Shown here: positions 39,601-51,500 of the stretch, piece after piece
Position numbering within the stretch: the first letter of the stretch is position 1
How the letters are laid out: each line of letters opens with the position of its first letter
Origin: Gnetum montanum
Taxonomy: Eukaryota; Plantae; Gnetophyta
DNA: 64,000 nucleotides
Assembly (NCBI GenBank): GCA_015680685.1
Contig: MNCI01000813.1
Coordinates: forward strand, 18,800-82,799
Direction: 5' to 3'
Made by a program: the position numbers and the translations under genes
The notes under the pieces: generated by a model
What the model saw: the letters and a program-made list of their open reading frames with translations, nothing else
What the model was told of the DNA's origin: nothing
The model's database searches: none

Positions 39601-41100
39601 CACTCATATGCCTTCAAATATCAAGTGGGATAAGCCCTAGATCAAACCTCACCTACTCAATCACGGCTACCTAAAAATTTGGACTACAAGAGAACACCTC
39701 CAGGGTAGCGTGGGTCAAGGCTAGAGGATCTACTTCATCATGTAGGCCCTCCTCATTAACTCTAAACTTTTCATTAACTGTAAGCTACTAGCAATCTAAC
39801 ATGAGCAAGTAGCAAAAACACACTACAAGAATCGTGAAAGCACTTACACCCTGACATATTAGATAGTTCTAGGTGGGTTTTGAAACAAGGTGTGCATTTG
39901 CAATGTAGTGAAAAGGGTGTTTCTCTTATTGTAGCATCCAAACTATTTCATGTGCCATATCCTGTATAGGTGCCCAGAACTCCAAGGACCCCTACCCAAA
40001 CCACCTACCTCATCACCACTAGTAATAGGCTCATCTGACATGAACCTCAAGATGTCCCAATTAGCTCTAAGCAACAACATCTCAGTGATGGCGCTAGCAG
40101 CCTCCACTACCAAGTGTAACCACATGATCACACTAAACTACTATAATAGGTACTCTAGGAACTCACAAACCCCTAGCTAGAACCAAATTGCCTAATGGCC
40201 CACCCACATATCTAGTGTAGGCATGTTAGGGATAGATTTTCTTATGCAGCATAGGATGCCCACAAGCTCCAGAATAATCAAGATAGGCTTCAATAATACC
40301 TTGCAACCATCAAGCAATAAGAAAAGTGTTAGTATACATATATAGATGCAAGTTTTGGCATTAAATTATTAGATTAAGTTAGAAAAATTAACATAACATA
40401 GTACAAACTAACAAATTTTTTTAATTTTGGCAATACACCCTAGGGCCCCACAAGTATAGGACATTAACCAATCCATTTGACATGCCTAGTACTCACTAAG
40501 GTACAACATGTTTTCATAGGCTCAACATTACATTTTTTATGTTAGCATTATGCATAGTTTACAGGATTCTTGTAAAATTTTTATAACTCCAGACTACCTC
40601 AGTGGAGAGTCTAGTTTGGAAATTGCAAAATTTTCTAACCCTAGACTGCATCCATGGAGAGTGTAATTTCAGATTGTGAATTTTTCTAACTCCTAACTAT
40701 GCTCTCTATAGAGCATAGTCATAAAAAAGGAACTTTCAAGGAAAACATTTTAGCAAAAACTTGGTCATGCCAATAGGGAGTGTAGCCTCTATGAGCCCTG
40801 TGTTGTCACCCCACCACTCACTACACACTACATCCTATCACGTCACTATGCACCATGCTGATGCCCTACCATGCCTTGCCAAGAACCATGCTCTACCATG
40901 TTGCATAGCCACACCATCATGCTTGTCTTTCCATCCCTACCCTCTCTCCCTCCTCCTCTGCCATTTCCCTAAGCAAAGAAAAAAATAAGGAAAAGGGAAG
41001 AGAAAAAAGCATTTCCTAACTCATTTACCCTTGTAGCCCCTGCAACCGCATTGTAGGAAAAAATCACCTCATGACCCTTGCAGTACATCACAGGGTGCAA
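36690..41100 (-). pseudogene. Multi-exon antisense accessory gene with plant mobile domain (PMD)-like core
   Basis: Exon ~38342-39398 reads IVDSFSNDFKQFVIQ...DLTKAFFADLFGLPTNG...EGMRFNWATYIATNLH...FFIGYL. AT-rich GT-AG introns on minus at 38212-38341, 37874-37983, 39399-39488 and ~39778-39847. Outer boundaries approximate. Confidence 0.55.
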
Positions 41101-41159
41101 CAACTCCCACAACTCTCACAAAGTGCAATGTACCTAGCCTCTAATTCATCAAGGTGCAT

Positions 41160-43700
41160 CAAGCTTTTTTTGATGATTTCTTGTTTAGTTTATTTTAGGT
41201 TGGATGTTGTATTATCCATATTGTTCAATGCTTGAGTTGTAGACATTTTGACACTTATGATTTATTGTTTTAATATTTATGCTAGATAGTTTGGATATGA
41301 TTATATTTATTGTTTTAAAAATTTTTAAATTTTAAGTTTCGATTTTAGTTTTTGCTACATATGTTCTTGATGGCTTTACTACTCTAAGGTTTAAGGGTTA
41401 TAAATGTTGTAAGGAAGGTTATGCTACTGATGGCTATGTTGGCTATGTTGAAAATGGTTAGACAATAAGATTATGAATGGTCATATGATAAGGGTTACTT
41501 GCCTATTCTAAGTCATGGTGGGCCACATGTTTATCAGTATTTTAAGGCTATGGTGGGTTGTAGTGCCTGTTTAAAGTCTTAGTGAACCGTAGCACCAATT
41601 TAAAGTCTTAGTAGACTATGGTGCCAATTTGAGTTCTCAGCAGGTTGTAGGTTTGCTAGTTTTAGGCCATGGCAAGCCTTAGGTTTTGCCAATTTTAGGT
41701 TATGGCTAGCCCTCATTAAAAGGAAACTTATATTTTTGGTGATTTTCTATTTTAAAATTTTTATAGGGATTTTAGCATTTACAACATGTGCAAAAGTAAA
41801 AAGAGAAAAAGGCTCTAATAAATAAATAAAAATGCAAATGATAATAAAACGCTTAGGCTACATGTATAAAAGAGTAAAATAAAGAACACTAAAAAGAATA
41901 ACAAGTCAATAAAGAAAATTAGGGTAAATGGTTATTGATGCATATCATTATATGATTATAAGGGCATAGGTGAAAGGGACAAGGTGTAGTTCACTTGTCC
42001 AGCCTCTTCCTAATCTTTGCAAGATTATGATATGTGTAAGTTCTACTTTCTAGAAGTTTGTATTCTCCATCCCTTTCATTGATGATGTCAAAAGGAAGTT
42101 CATCCCATAAAGCATCCCACTGCCCATCGTTTTCATTATTAGCTTTATCCTCTCTCCCAAGTTGCTGGATTTTGTGGCTAGGAGTTTCTTCTTGAAAATC
42201 CACTTAAGATCCTTACTCTATGTACACATTGTTAAGAACTAGGGGCACCACGTTATTATCATGAATGATGATTTTTCCTCCCTCATAAGGAAGGTGAAAC
42301 TCTTGTTTGAGGGGTGAAGACATGGCTCATAACTAAGCCAACTAAGATCTTCCTAGGATAAGGTTAAATCTTGGTGTTTCCTCCACCACTAATAAATCTA
42401 CAGTTGGGAAATTTCTTCCTTGTCACAAAATCCAAGGAAATAGACCCTTTGACAATAGCCCTTGATCTGACGAAGGACATGAAAGCAATTGTTGATGTGT
42501 GTTTTATTTTCTCTATCAAGCCTAATCATTCAACGATGGTGCATGTGATGATGTTTGTTAAAACCCCATCATCTACATTCATCTGATGCATCTTAAAATA
42601 CCCCATCTAAATCATGATGAAAAGAGGAGCCCTATTCACTTTTCCATGTTGGAAATTGATCTTGATCTCACTATCACTAAGTACCAGCAATGTTGACTTC
42701 TTTTCCCTTGCTGTAGAAGAAACCAATATAGCATGGGTGGATTCCTCATTAGCAGGGATGTTCTCACTAATAGGGATATAATTCAACATCTTGACTAGTG
42801 CTTCATGATGTGTAGTAGAAGTCATGATCAGACCATATAGGCTCAAAGTTGTATTTTTTTGTTTGAGAGACTATTTAACTTACTCCATCACACTAATGAA
42901 TTTTTTCTCATTGGTAATGGACTTGTTACCCCAATCATGATTCACTTCCTCCATGCACACCAAAATGTGAACTTCAACCTTTGGTTTTTGCTAGTGGGGT
43001 CTCTTCTCTTTCTTCTATTTTTTGATTATGGGGTTCTTTCATGGTTTACTGGTTGATGTAGGTTGGGCAGAGGAGTTCATAGGTATAGATGATATTGGAA
43101 TGGGCTTCAGCAAGCTTCTTCCTTTACTTTTCTGAGACTTTTTGGTTGTTGTCAATTGTGTTAAAGGAAGAAGTCAGGGCTAGCTAGGTTATAGTTAGTT
43201 GCGCCACCCTAATGACAAAAGATTCCCTTGGAGGCATTCATGATGGTACTCTCATGAAAAATAATGATCTTAAGCTAGTGGAAGCTGAAAATGCACTTTC
43301 ATTATAAGGGGATCATCCAAATCACAAATGGTTCCCTCATGGGTAACTAATTGTCATCTATGTTGAACGACAATATCATGTATGTAACATTGTTGATGTT
43401 TAGTGGATCCTTATACACTTGCATCTATTGGTTCTATGGTCAAACAAGATTGGGTGCATATAGAACAAACTCTTTCCTATTTATCATCTTCTACAAGTTA
43501 TCCTTTAGCATAAGGGAGAAGTTTGTATCATGACTAGGTAGCTAGAGATAGTGGTAAAAGAAGTTTAATTTACAAAGCAATCATGATCATGTCTTCCTTT
43601 AGTGATGGTTAAGATAGCATGAAACCTATAAGGATCTTCACACTTCACCAACCTTCATTTTAAAGGAAATTAACCTTTGATCAACTAAGAAGGCATGTTT
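41160..43700 (-). mobile_element. Second Tat-type gag-protease-only remnant T3 with 3' UTR repeats
   Basis: LSLYGLIMTSTTHHEALVKML and MNVDDGVLTNII (42360-42850) are paralogous to T2 gag-pro. Coding ends at ~41991, followed by non-coding DNA and TTTAAGGC-type repeats (41540-41710). Confidence 0.7.
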
Positions 43701-46700
43701 TCCTACAAAACATCTAATTAATCTTTCAAATTATTAGAAACATAAATATTATTGATTTCAAAGTCCAATTTTCCCTATGAAAAGTGTTTACAAATAAATA
43801 AATGTCTCAAATTTAGATCTATTCAAGTTTTTACAAATTATAATTTAAGAAAAAATTGAACACATTACAAAAATGGCTTATGCCAATATGTACAAAAATA
43901 ATATATAAAGGCATATTCCTTATGTGGTGCTAGGTGGAAATGACTCCTATAGCTCCTCATGCCTTTATATGGGTTTTGGTTACCCTCTTGTTGTTGATCT
44001 TATCTAAATGCATTAATCAAGGCCTTCATCTTTTCCTCCTTAGTATTGGAATTGTTGATAGTCTAGGTTGACTTTCCTAGACTTGTAGTTGTATACACAT
44101 CCCAAGAACAAGACAAGGTAGGAAACATCTCATAAGCATTAATAAACCAGATAATGAACTATTTTCATTCAATTTCAAATGGATTCACTATGTTCTTTAG
44201 ATCCTAGTAGTTACTTATTCTCTTCATCAAGTTTTCAACTACTATTTTATAATATTAAAATAATGTATTGAGGACCTCAAGCTCTACATTAGCTATCTCC
44301 AATTTCTAGTTTGTCTTCTTATGAAGCTTGAATACATTTTCATATAACAAGTATGACCTAGATACTTACTGTTCTAATTTATACCTTGACCTCCTAATAA
44401 TGAGCATAGAAATATTGGCATAGTAGAGATTGATCAATTTCATGTATTCAATCATCTCCTTAATTTTTAGCACTTTCATGTGGATTTTAGCCTTGTTATA
44501 CACATTTAGTTCATCAAAGATAGACTTTCATGCATAATCTTGGAGCTACATGAAGACTTCATTCATTTTTATCTTGACTAGTTGAATCTCTTTCTCATTA
44601 ATCTCTTTCTGCATAACCACCTAGTTCTTGTAATGATTCTTAATTTTTTCATACATTAAGGTATCATTCTTATAGACAATAATTTTAATCACTAAAGTTT
44701 ACCTTATTATGTGCACCCCCTATATGTAGAGATTTCTATTTTTAACTATCAATCTTTACATATCCACATTCATTTTTGTCACTTGCTCTATTAGTGGCTA
44801 AGGTATTCTTCTAATTATTATTTATGCTTTTTAACCTTAACAAATATTTTATTCTACTTGGCCAAGGTTCTTGTTTTCTCTATGAATATAGGATAGTTTA
44901 TTATTTTCTCTATGTAGCATTACCTCCATTAAGAGATTTCTATTTTTAACTACTAATTTTTGCACATTCATAATTACATTTATTAGTTTCTACCACTAAT
45001 GCTTAGAGTACTCTTTAAATTATTCATTCTGATTTTTTACCTTAAAAAATCTTTATTCTTCTTGGCCAAGTCCTTATTTTCTCTATACACTTAGGAAAGG
45101 TTCCTATTTACTCTATGTAGCATTTCCTTTTCCAAGAATGCATTCTAGATGAATCTCTCTTTTTTCATATTTACATATTTTTATTTACCCTTTAGCTATT
45201 CAAAGGCCTCATCACTTGTTAACCCAAGTTGAAGAATAGTAGGATTGAACAAGAAATCTTTGAGTTGTGAAACTTTAGCTACTAATTATTGGTTCAATGT
45301 TGTAGCTTCTTGAAGTTATGTTTTTTAATTAGGAGCTTGCCTTGTATCTTGATCAAAGTAAATACAATTGAAGTAATGTCTTCCAAGATGTCAAATACAT
45401 CTAGAATTATTTTTCCAATGTCCACTAATGTGTCTTATACCTTTTTTTGCTACACTACAATCATTCCCCGTGCATCAATTTCTATAGACATATAGATATA
45501 TACCATCATAGCAAAGTTTGGTACTAATGTTGTAGAAAACTTAACTGCATCTCCAATTCTATCTGTCACCACCTCCATAGCTGTTTCATTCTCTTTGTGT
45601 AACATGATCATCACTTATGTGTTTTCTACTTTCTTTAGCATCATAGAAAAAGTTGTATCATTGATTGATTCTTGGAATTTTTTTTGATGGTAGTGATACT
45701 ACAACTTCTCCTATGGTAGGATTGGCTTGAATAGTAGCCTAGCTTATAGTTCTAATGACTTTGTTTAGGTGACTTTTTTTAGGCTTGCTATTATTTCCTT
45801 ACCTACCTTGGCTAGTAGAGGTGGTGCTTCTTCTTCTTAAAGATGAAGAGGTGGCTTTTCTTTCATCATTTATTATCACGATGTTACAATGATTCTTTGA
45901 TGTATGTCATATAAATATTAGGTGACTTTTTTCCCTCTATAATTTTTTCTAATCAAGCATAGGAATAGGAGTATCTTTCTTTTATTCTCATTTTTCTTGA
46001 ACTACTCTTCTATTTCAAGGAAGATGAGTTAGGGTATGTTGACTAGAAAGTTCCTACTAAGTGCAACACAAGTCCTAGTGAATAAGGACATTACCTTACT
46101 CAGGAGTACCATGGGATTTAGGTTATATACTTTAATCTTAAAATATACTAGCTTTGCCTAGGTAAGTACATCATACTTTTTTAAATCTACTCCATATCAT
46201 CTCTAGGTTCACTCTTTTTTACTCTTAGCATTAGATGCTATGGATACACTTGCTAACTTAGCCCTCATATTTGGAAGTCCTAAGGCCTTTAAAATGGTAT
46301 TTATCAAGTAGAATATTATAATATCCTTCATCTTTAGAGTGGCATCTCCTTAGTAGTTATTCTAGAAGAGACATGTTTCACCAAGTTATCATTTTTCACT
46401 AGAAAAAATGATGGTCTAAAGTGGTGATGACTGTAACTACTAGATTTGTTAGGGAGAATGGACTCTATATCTCTTTGATTCTAATTTTCTCTAGGTAAGT
46501 CTCTATTAAGGTAACATCTAGGTACTTCATCTTGTCTAGATTTTTCAATCTCTATAGTTGGAATGTATTAGATAGAATCCACTTTAGGCTCTCCTCTAAG
46601 GGATCTAGTTGTATGTGTGACCTTAGACTCTTAGTATGGATATTCTTGTCTTTAACCTCATCCTCTTCTTAGATACTTCTCTATTCTTTGAGATGGACCA

Positions 46701-47540
46701 CCCACTTGTGAGCATCCTTTAAGTGTTATCTGCAATCACATGGATGATTAGTCATTAGTCTTTAATTACTATATTTTAGGCATTATTACCTTTAATCATC
46801 CTTTGGATTTAGCTTAATTTGGAAAAATTTGACTCTACTACTCCTAAGTGATTATAATCTATCATTTTTGAGGTCCTAAAACAGATATTTTAATATTAAA
46901 TTACTAATTTTCTAATTTTTATTTATTTTACCTACCTTAGTTATTCAAAACTAGGATTCTTAAAGTACTTAAAATCATAGATTTCTTGTCCTCATAGTGT
47001 AGATATTAACTCTACAAGCTCATAATATTTTGAATAGGATCAAAAGGGTTTTTCCAAGACATTGTTCCTTGTAGGTCTACACTATTTCGATGGTAAAAAT
47101 TCCATTGGTGAAATTAGCAAAATGATGAAAACTTTTCTAAATCTCACATGTATATATAGGGTTGTGGGATCATGTTGATGCTAATGCGTTGATAAGGATG
47201 CATTGACAAAGAAAGCTCCTTTGAACTTTAACATATTTTCTATAAATTTTAGGGAAATATTTGAATTGAATGAGAGCCAAAAGAGGGGTCTAAATATCAT
47301 AATAGTGACATCAACTCTGGATAATAATTTGACAAATTAGTAAAACATAATTCTAAAAGTTTTGGATATGAAGTGAGAGGTTTAAAATGAAGATGAGCTA
47401 AATAATTATTCAATTTATTTATGAACTTGTTCTTTAATGATTTGGACATGTGGAGATGTGCATAAATTAGATGATATCTAAAAGTTATACAAATAAGTTC
47501 TTCCCAAAGTACTATGTAGCTTTGATAACTGATCTTAGTA
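43700..47540 (-). mobile_element. Athila remnant A4: highly decayed env-like ORF (~43900-46729) and its upstream region
   Basis: 44380-44670 aligns by eye with A2 18720-19020, with the same TATA-intron-start layout as A2. No 3' LTR or PPT; interrupted on the right by the CRM element. Confidence 0.75.
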
Positions 47541-47541
47541 A

Positions 47542-48494
47542 TTATGTGGAGCAAGTTCACTTCACAATTAAATCACCTTCAACATACTAAATCTAGATAT
47601 TATGAAAAGATAAAAATAATTGCTAGAAAAAAAATAAAACTAGCTAATTAATTTATCAAAAGATTACATCAAGGTTCACACAACTCATAAGCATCCAAAA
47701 ACCTATCACACTTAAACAATATTATAAAGCATGAGGCTCTACACCCATACAATGATTGTTCTCAATGTAAAACACAACCAATAGAAATCTCTCCCATAAC
47801 CCAATACTAAGATCTCAACTCACAATTGAGATACAAGAGAATAAGACACATAGATCAATACACCATAAGCTAATCTTGGAGCTACAATCATCAATTTCCC
47901 TCATCCACCATTCCTTGCATAACACTCCTTACATACCAACTCTCCTTTTTTTCTCATGAATCAATGCATTTCTCATGAATCAATGCATACATAATTATAG
48001 AGATCCAAAACCCTAGGAAGCTTTCTATTTACCTCCATAAATTTTTCCCTCACAAATCTAGAATATTTTAGATGTTTTCCAATCAAACAACCACATTAGA
48101 GCTTTTTTTTTTGTTTGCAGACATAGATGTTTCTTATTTTATGTAGATGTCTCCTTGGACTTGGGATGTCTCCACTTCAAGGGAGACATCTATCTTTCTA
48201 GGAAGATGTCTCTTTTGTAGGTGCTAAAAAATAAAAGTGCTCATTTTCATGTCAAGAGCCTCTAACTGCCTCCTAACAGGTTCCCATAGACCCTAGAACC
48301 TTCTAAACTCATCAAAATAAGCCAAAAACACCTCTAAACATGCCAAAACATCCATGAATATTCATCATAAAAATTCAACAAAAGAACAAACACAAATACT
48401 AGACACACACATCTAGGTCTTCTCCAAGCACAGAACCTATAAAAACAACTTGTAGGACAAGCACAATGGAATCAAAAGAGGTGTTCCTACACCA
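47542..48494 (-). repeat. 3' LTR of C1
   Basis: Matches 63415-63890 over 47542-48015. PPT GAAGGATGGGAGAGA (48495-48509) directly precedes TGGTGTAGG on minus. GAGACGTCTC-like motifs at 48118-48215. Left edge is uncertain by a few bp. Confidence 0.8.
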
Positions 48495-48509
48495 TCTCTC
48501 CCATCCTTC

Positions 48510-51500
48510 AAAAGAGTGAACTTATGTGAAAAATGGAGTAGGGGTAAAAGTGATCCCCACTAAACAAGTTTGGTCTCATGGACCCATACAATATCATTAG
48601 TAAATTGATCCTCCAAATGAATTAAATATCCATGCCTCTTGAATTTCCAAGTCCTAGAAGCTTCCCTTTGCTTGAGTATGATTGCCTTCTTCTCTATTGA
48701 AGGCTTGGACTAGTCAGTAGCCCCCTTCAACTCATTGATGCTCCCTTGTATAGTCTCCTCATCAAATAGTCCATGATAGTGCACAAGATCTGAAACACTA
48801 AATACAAAAGACATACCAACATCATGTAGTAAATCAATCTCAAAAGCACTATCATTAATCCCAATCATGGTTTCGAAAGGCCCCATTTTCTTAGCTTTCA
48901 ATTTGGAGAAGTGATCAACTCTTAATGGCTTCTTCTTCAAGTGCACACAAACCAAGTAACCAATAGTAAAATTAGGCTTCCTCATACCCTCATTCCTCTT
49001 GTGGACCCTATCATCAATCTTTTTCTTAATATTTGATTTTACTTGTGCATGGAGATTCCTCCTCTCTTGAATAGAATTGACACTAAGTTTAGCTTCATCA
49101 TCAAAGCTCTTCAAAGTATCCACCATCTTTGGACAAATCCTAGAATTCACCTTGAATGGGTTTTTTCCAATTACAACATGAAAAGCATTATTATACAAAA
49201 ATTTAACATGAAACAATATGTTTTTCCACTTGTTTGACTATCCATCACACAAACATATCAATATGTTTAGCAAGGATTTATTCACCACCTCCATTTGGCC
49301 ATTATATTATGGATGATATGCACTATAAAAATCAACTTTGTTCCTAAAATATTCCAAAGGGGGCTTTAAAAATGACTTATAAAATTGGAGTTCCTATCAT
49401 TAAAAATATTTAATGGAATACCATGCAACTTCACAACATGCTAGAAAAATAAAGTTGCAACATGAGAGGCATCACTCACCTTCTTACATGGAATAAAATG
49501 TGCCATCTTGGAGAACTTATCCACAACAACAAAAATTTCATCATTCTCACTCTTGATCTCTAGAATACCACTTACAAAGTTCATTAACATACATTCCCAT
49601 GGACATTTAAGAATTAGCAAAGGCATATAGTGTTTATTCACACCTTTACCATTTTTGAACATTTGACATGTCAATCACTCCTTCACAAATTTTGAAACTT
49701 CTCTTACCATACTAGGCTAAACATAGTTCCTACACAAGTTTCAATGTTTTAGCCCTATCCATGTGACTTGCCATGCAACTACAATGCTTTTCAAATAAAA
49801 TATTTTTCCTAAAATTACAATTAGGAGCACATACCTTTCCATTCTTAGATAACAGTTCATCTTGAATATAATAGTCCCTACATTGATCTATTCTATTCAT
49901 CAATGGCTCCTTGAGGCTCCTCCAAAGCTACCTAAAATCAAAATCATGCTCATATGAAGAAGAAAAATCACCCATAACTTCCACATGAGGTATGTTGAAA
50001 TTTACCACATGCACCCTAGATAATGCATCAGCTACCACATTGGCTTTTCCACTTTTTTGCTTCAACACAAAAATGACCTCTTGTAACTGCGCAAGCTAGT
50101 TCATGTGCTTTGCACTCAACTTCTTTTTTGAGTTTATAAATTGAAGTGCTTTGTGGTCTGTCATCAAAGTGAATTATTTGGGCAACAAGTAATGCCTCCA
50201 ATATTTGATTGCTTGTAGAATAGTGTACAGCTCCTTCTCATATACACTATATTTTTTCCTTGACTCATTCACATTTTTAGAAAAGAAAGCAATAGGCCTA
50301 CCTTCTTGTGAAGGTACCCCAACAATGGCAAGTCCACTTGCATCTACCTACACCTAAAAAGGCTTCTAAAAATCTGGAATTTGAAGCATTGATTCACTAG
50401 TAATCTTTTCTTTTAACAAGTCAAAGCCTCCCTTGGGTTTCATTAACTCATCTAAATTCCTTTGTTTCTTCAATAAAGCAAACATAGGTCACAAAATACC
50501 ACTAAAAATTTTTATAAACTATCTATAAAAATCTACTAAACTAAGGAATGATCTTACCTCCCTAACATTGTTAGGAGTTGTCCAATCCCTTGTAGTCTTT
50601 ACCTTGGTAGCTTCCATCTAAATCTAATTTTTAAAAACCACATGCCCCAAACATATGATTACCCTCTTAAAGAAATGAATTTTCTTTACATTGATCACCA
50701 ACTATGCCTCCTCCAACTTAAGGCACACCATCCTCAAGTGATCTAGGTGCTCTTATTCATTAGAGCTATACACCAAAATATCATCACAAAAGATAATACA
50801 ACACATACCAATAAATTTCTTTAATACATCATGATTTAACCTCATGAATGTAGTAGCCCAAATGCCATCACCAACCACTCAAACAAGCCATTTGGTATTT
50901 TGAAATTTGTCTTCACTCATCACCAAATCTGATTTTGATTTGATGGTACCCACTCTTCAAATCAATTTTGATAAAAATTTCAGCATTAGTAAGGACATCA
51001 AGGATATCATCCATCATTGGAATAGAAAACCTATACATCACTATTATCCTATTCACTACACTAGAATCCATGCACATCCTCCATTCATCGTTGGCCTTAT
51101 TTGGTGCTAGCACCACTGGAACTACACAAGGTAAAACGGATTTTCTCACAAATCCATTTGCAAGTAACCCATCTACTTTTCTATGCAATTCAACCCTTTG
51201 ATTTGGTGCCATCTAGTGTGCTCTTTCATTTGGAAGGGTATCACTAATAATGAAGTCAATCTGATGTTGTGTATTTCTCATCAATTTTAGTCCATCCAAT
51301 TCTCCCTTGAACACCTTGGAAAATTTCTCCTTCAATCCTAGCAGATGTATAGGAAGATCAACATGCACATCATGATGGTTAGTAGAAATTTTTATTATAA
51401 CAAAAAAACCAAAACTAGTTTCATCATGTTCCTTAATATATTCCCTCTCTGCTAGAAGGATTAAGGAAGCATTAAGTGAGCTTTGTTGCCTCACTTGTTT

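Larger units (their letters stand above)
12126..41150 (+). mobile_element. Tat-type element T2 (5' LTR region, PBS, gag-protease, antisense accessory gene); 3' LTR not seen
   Basis: Starts TGTAGGCAC at 12126 where T1 pol stops. Its LTR ends TTTTTGGTTCCTATA at 32210 (imperfect inverted terminus), followed by a PBS and gag-pro. Contains nested A2. Confidence 0.6.
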
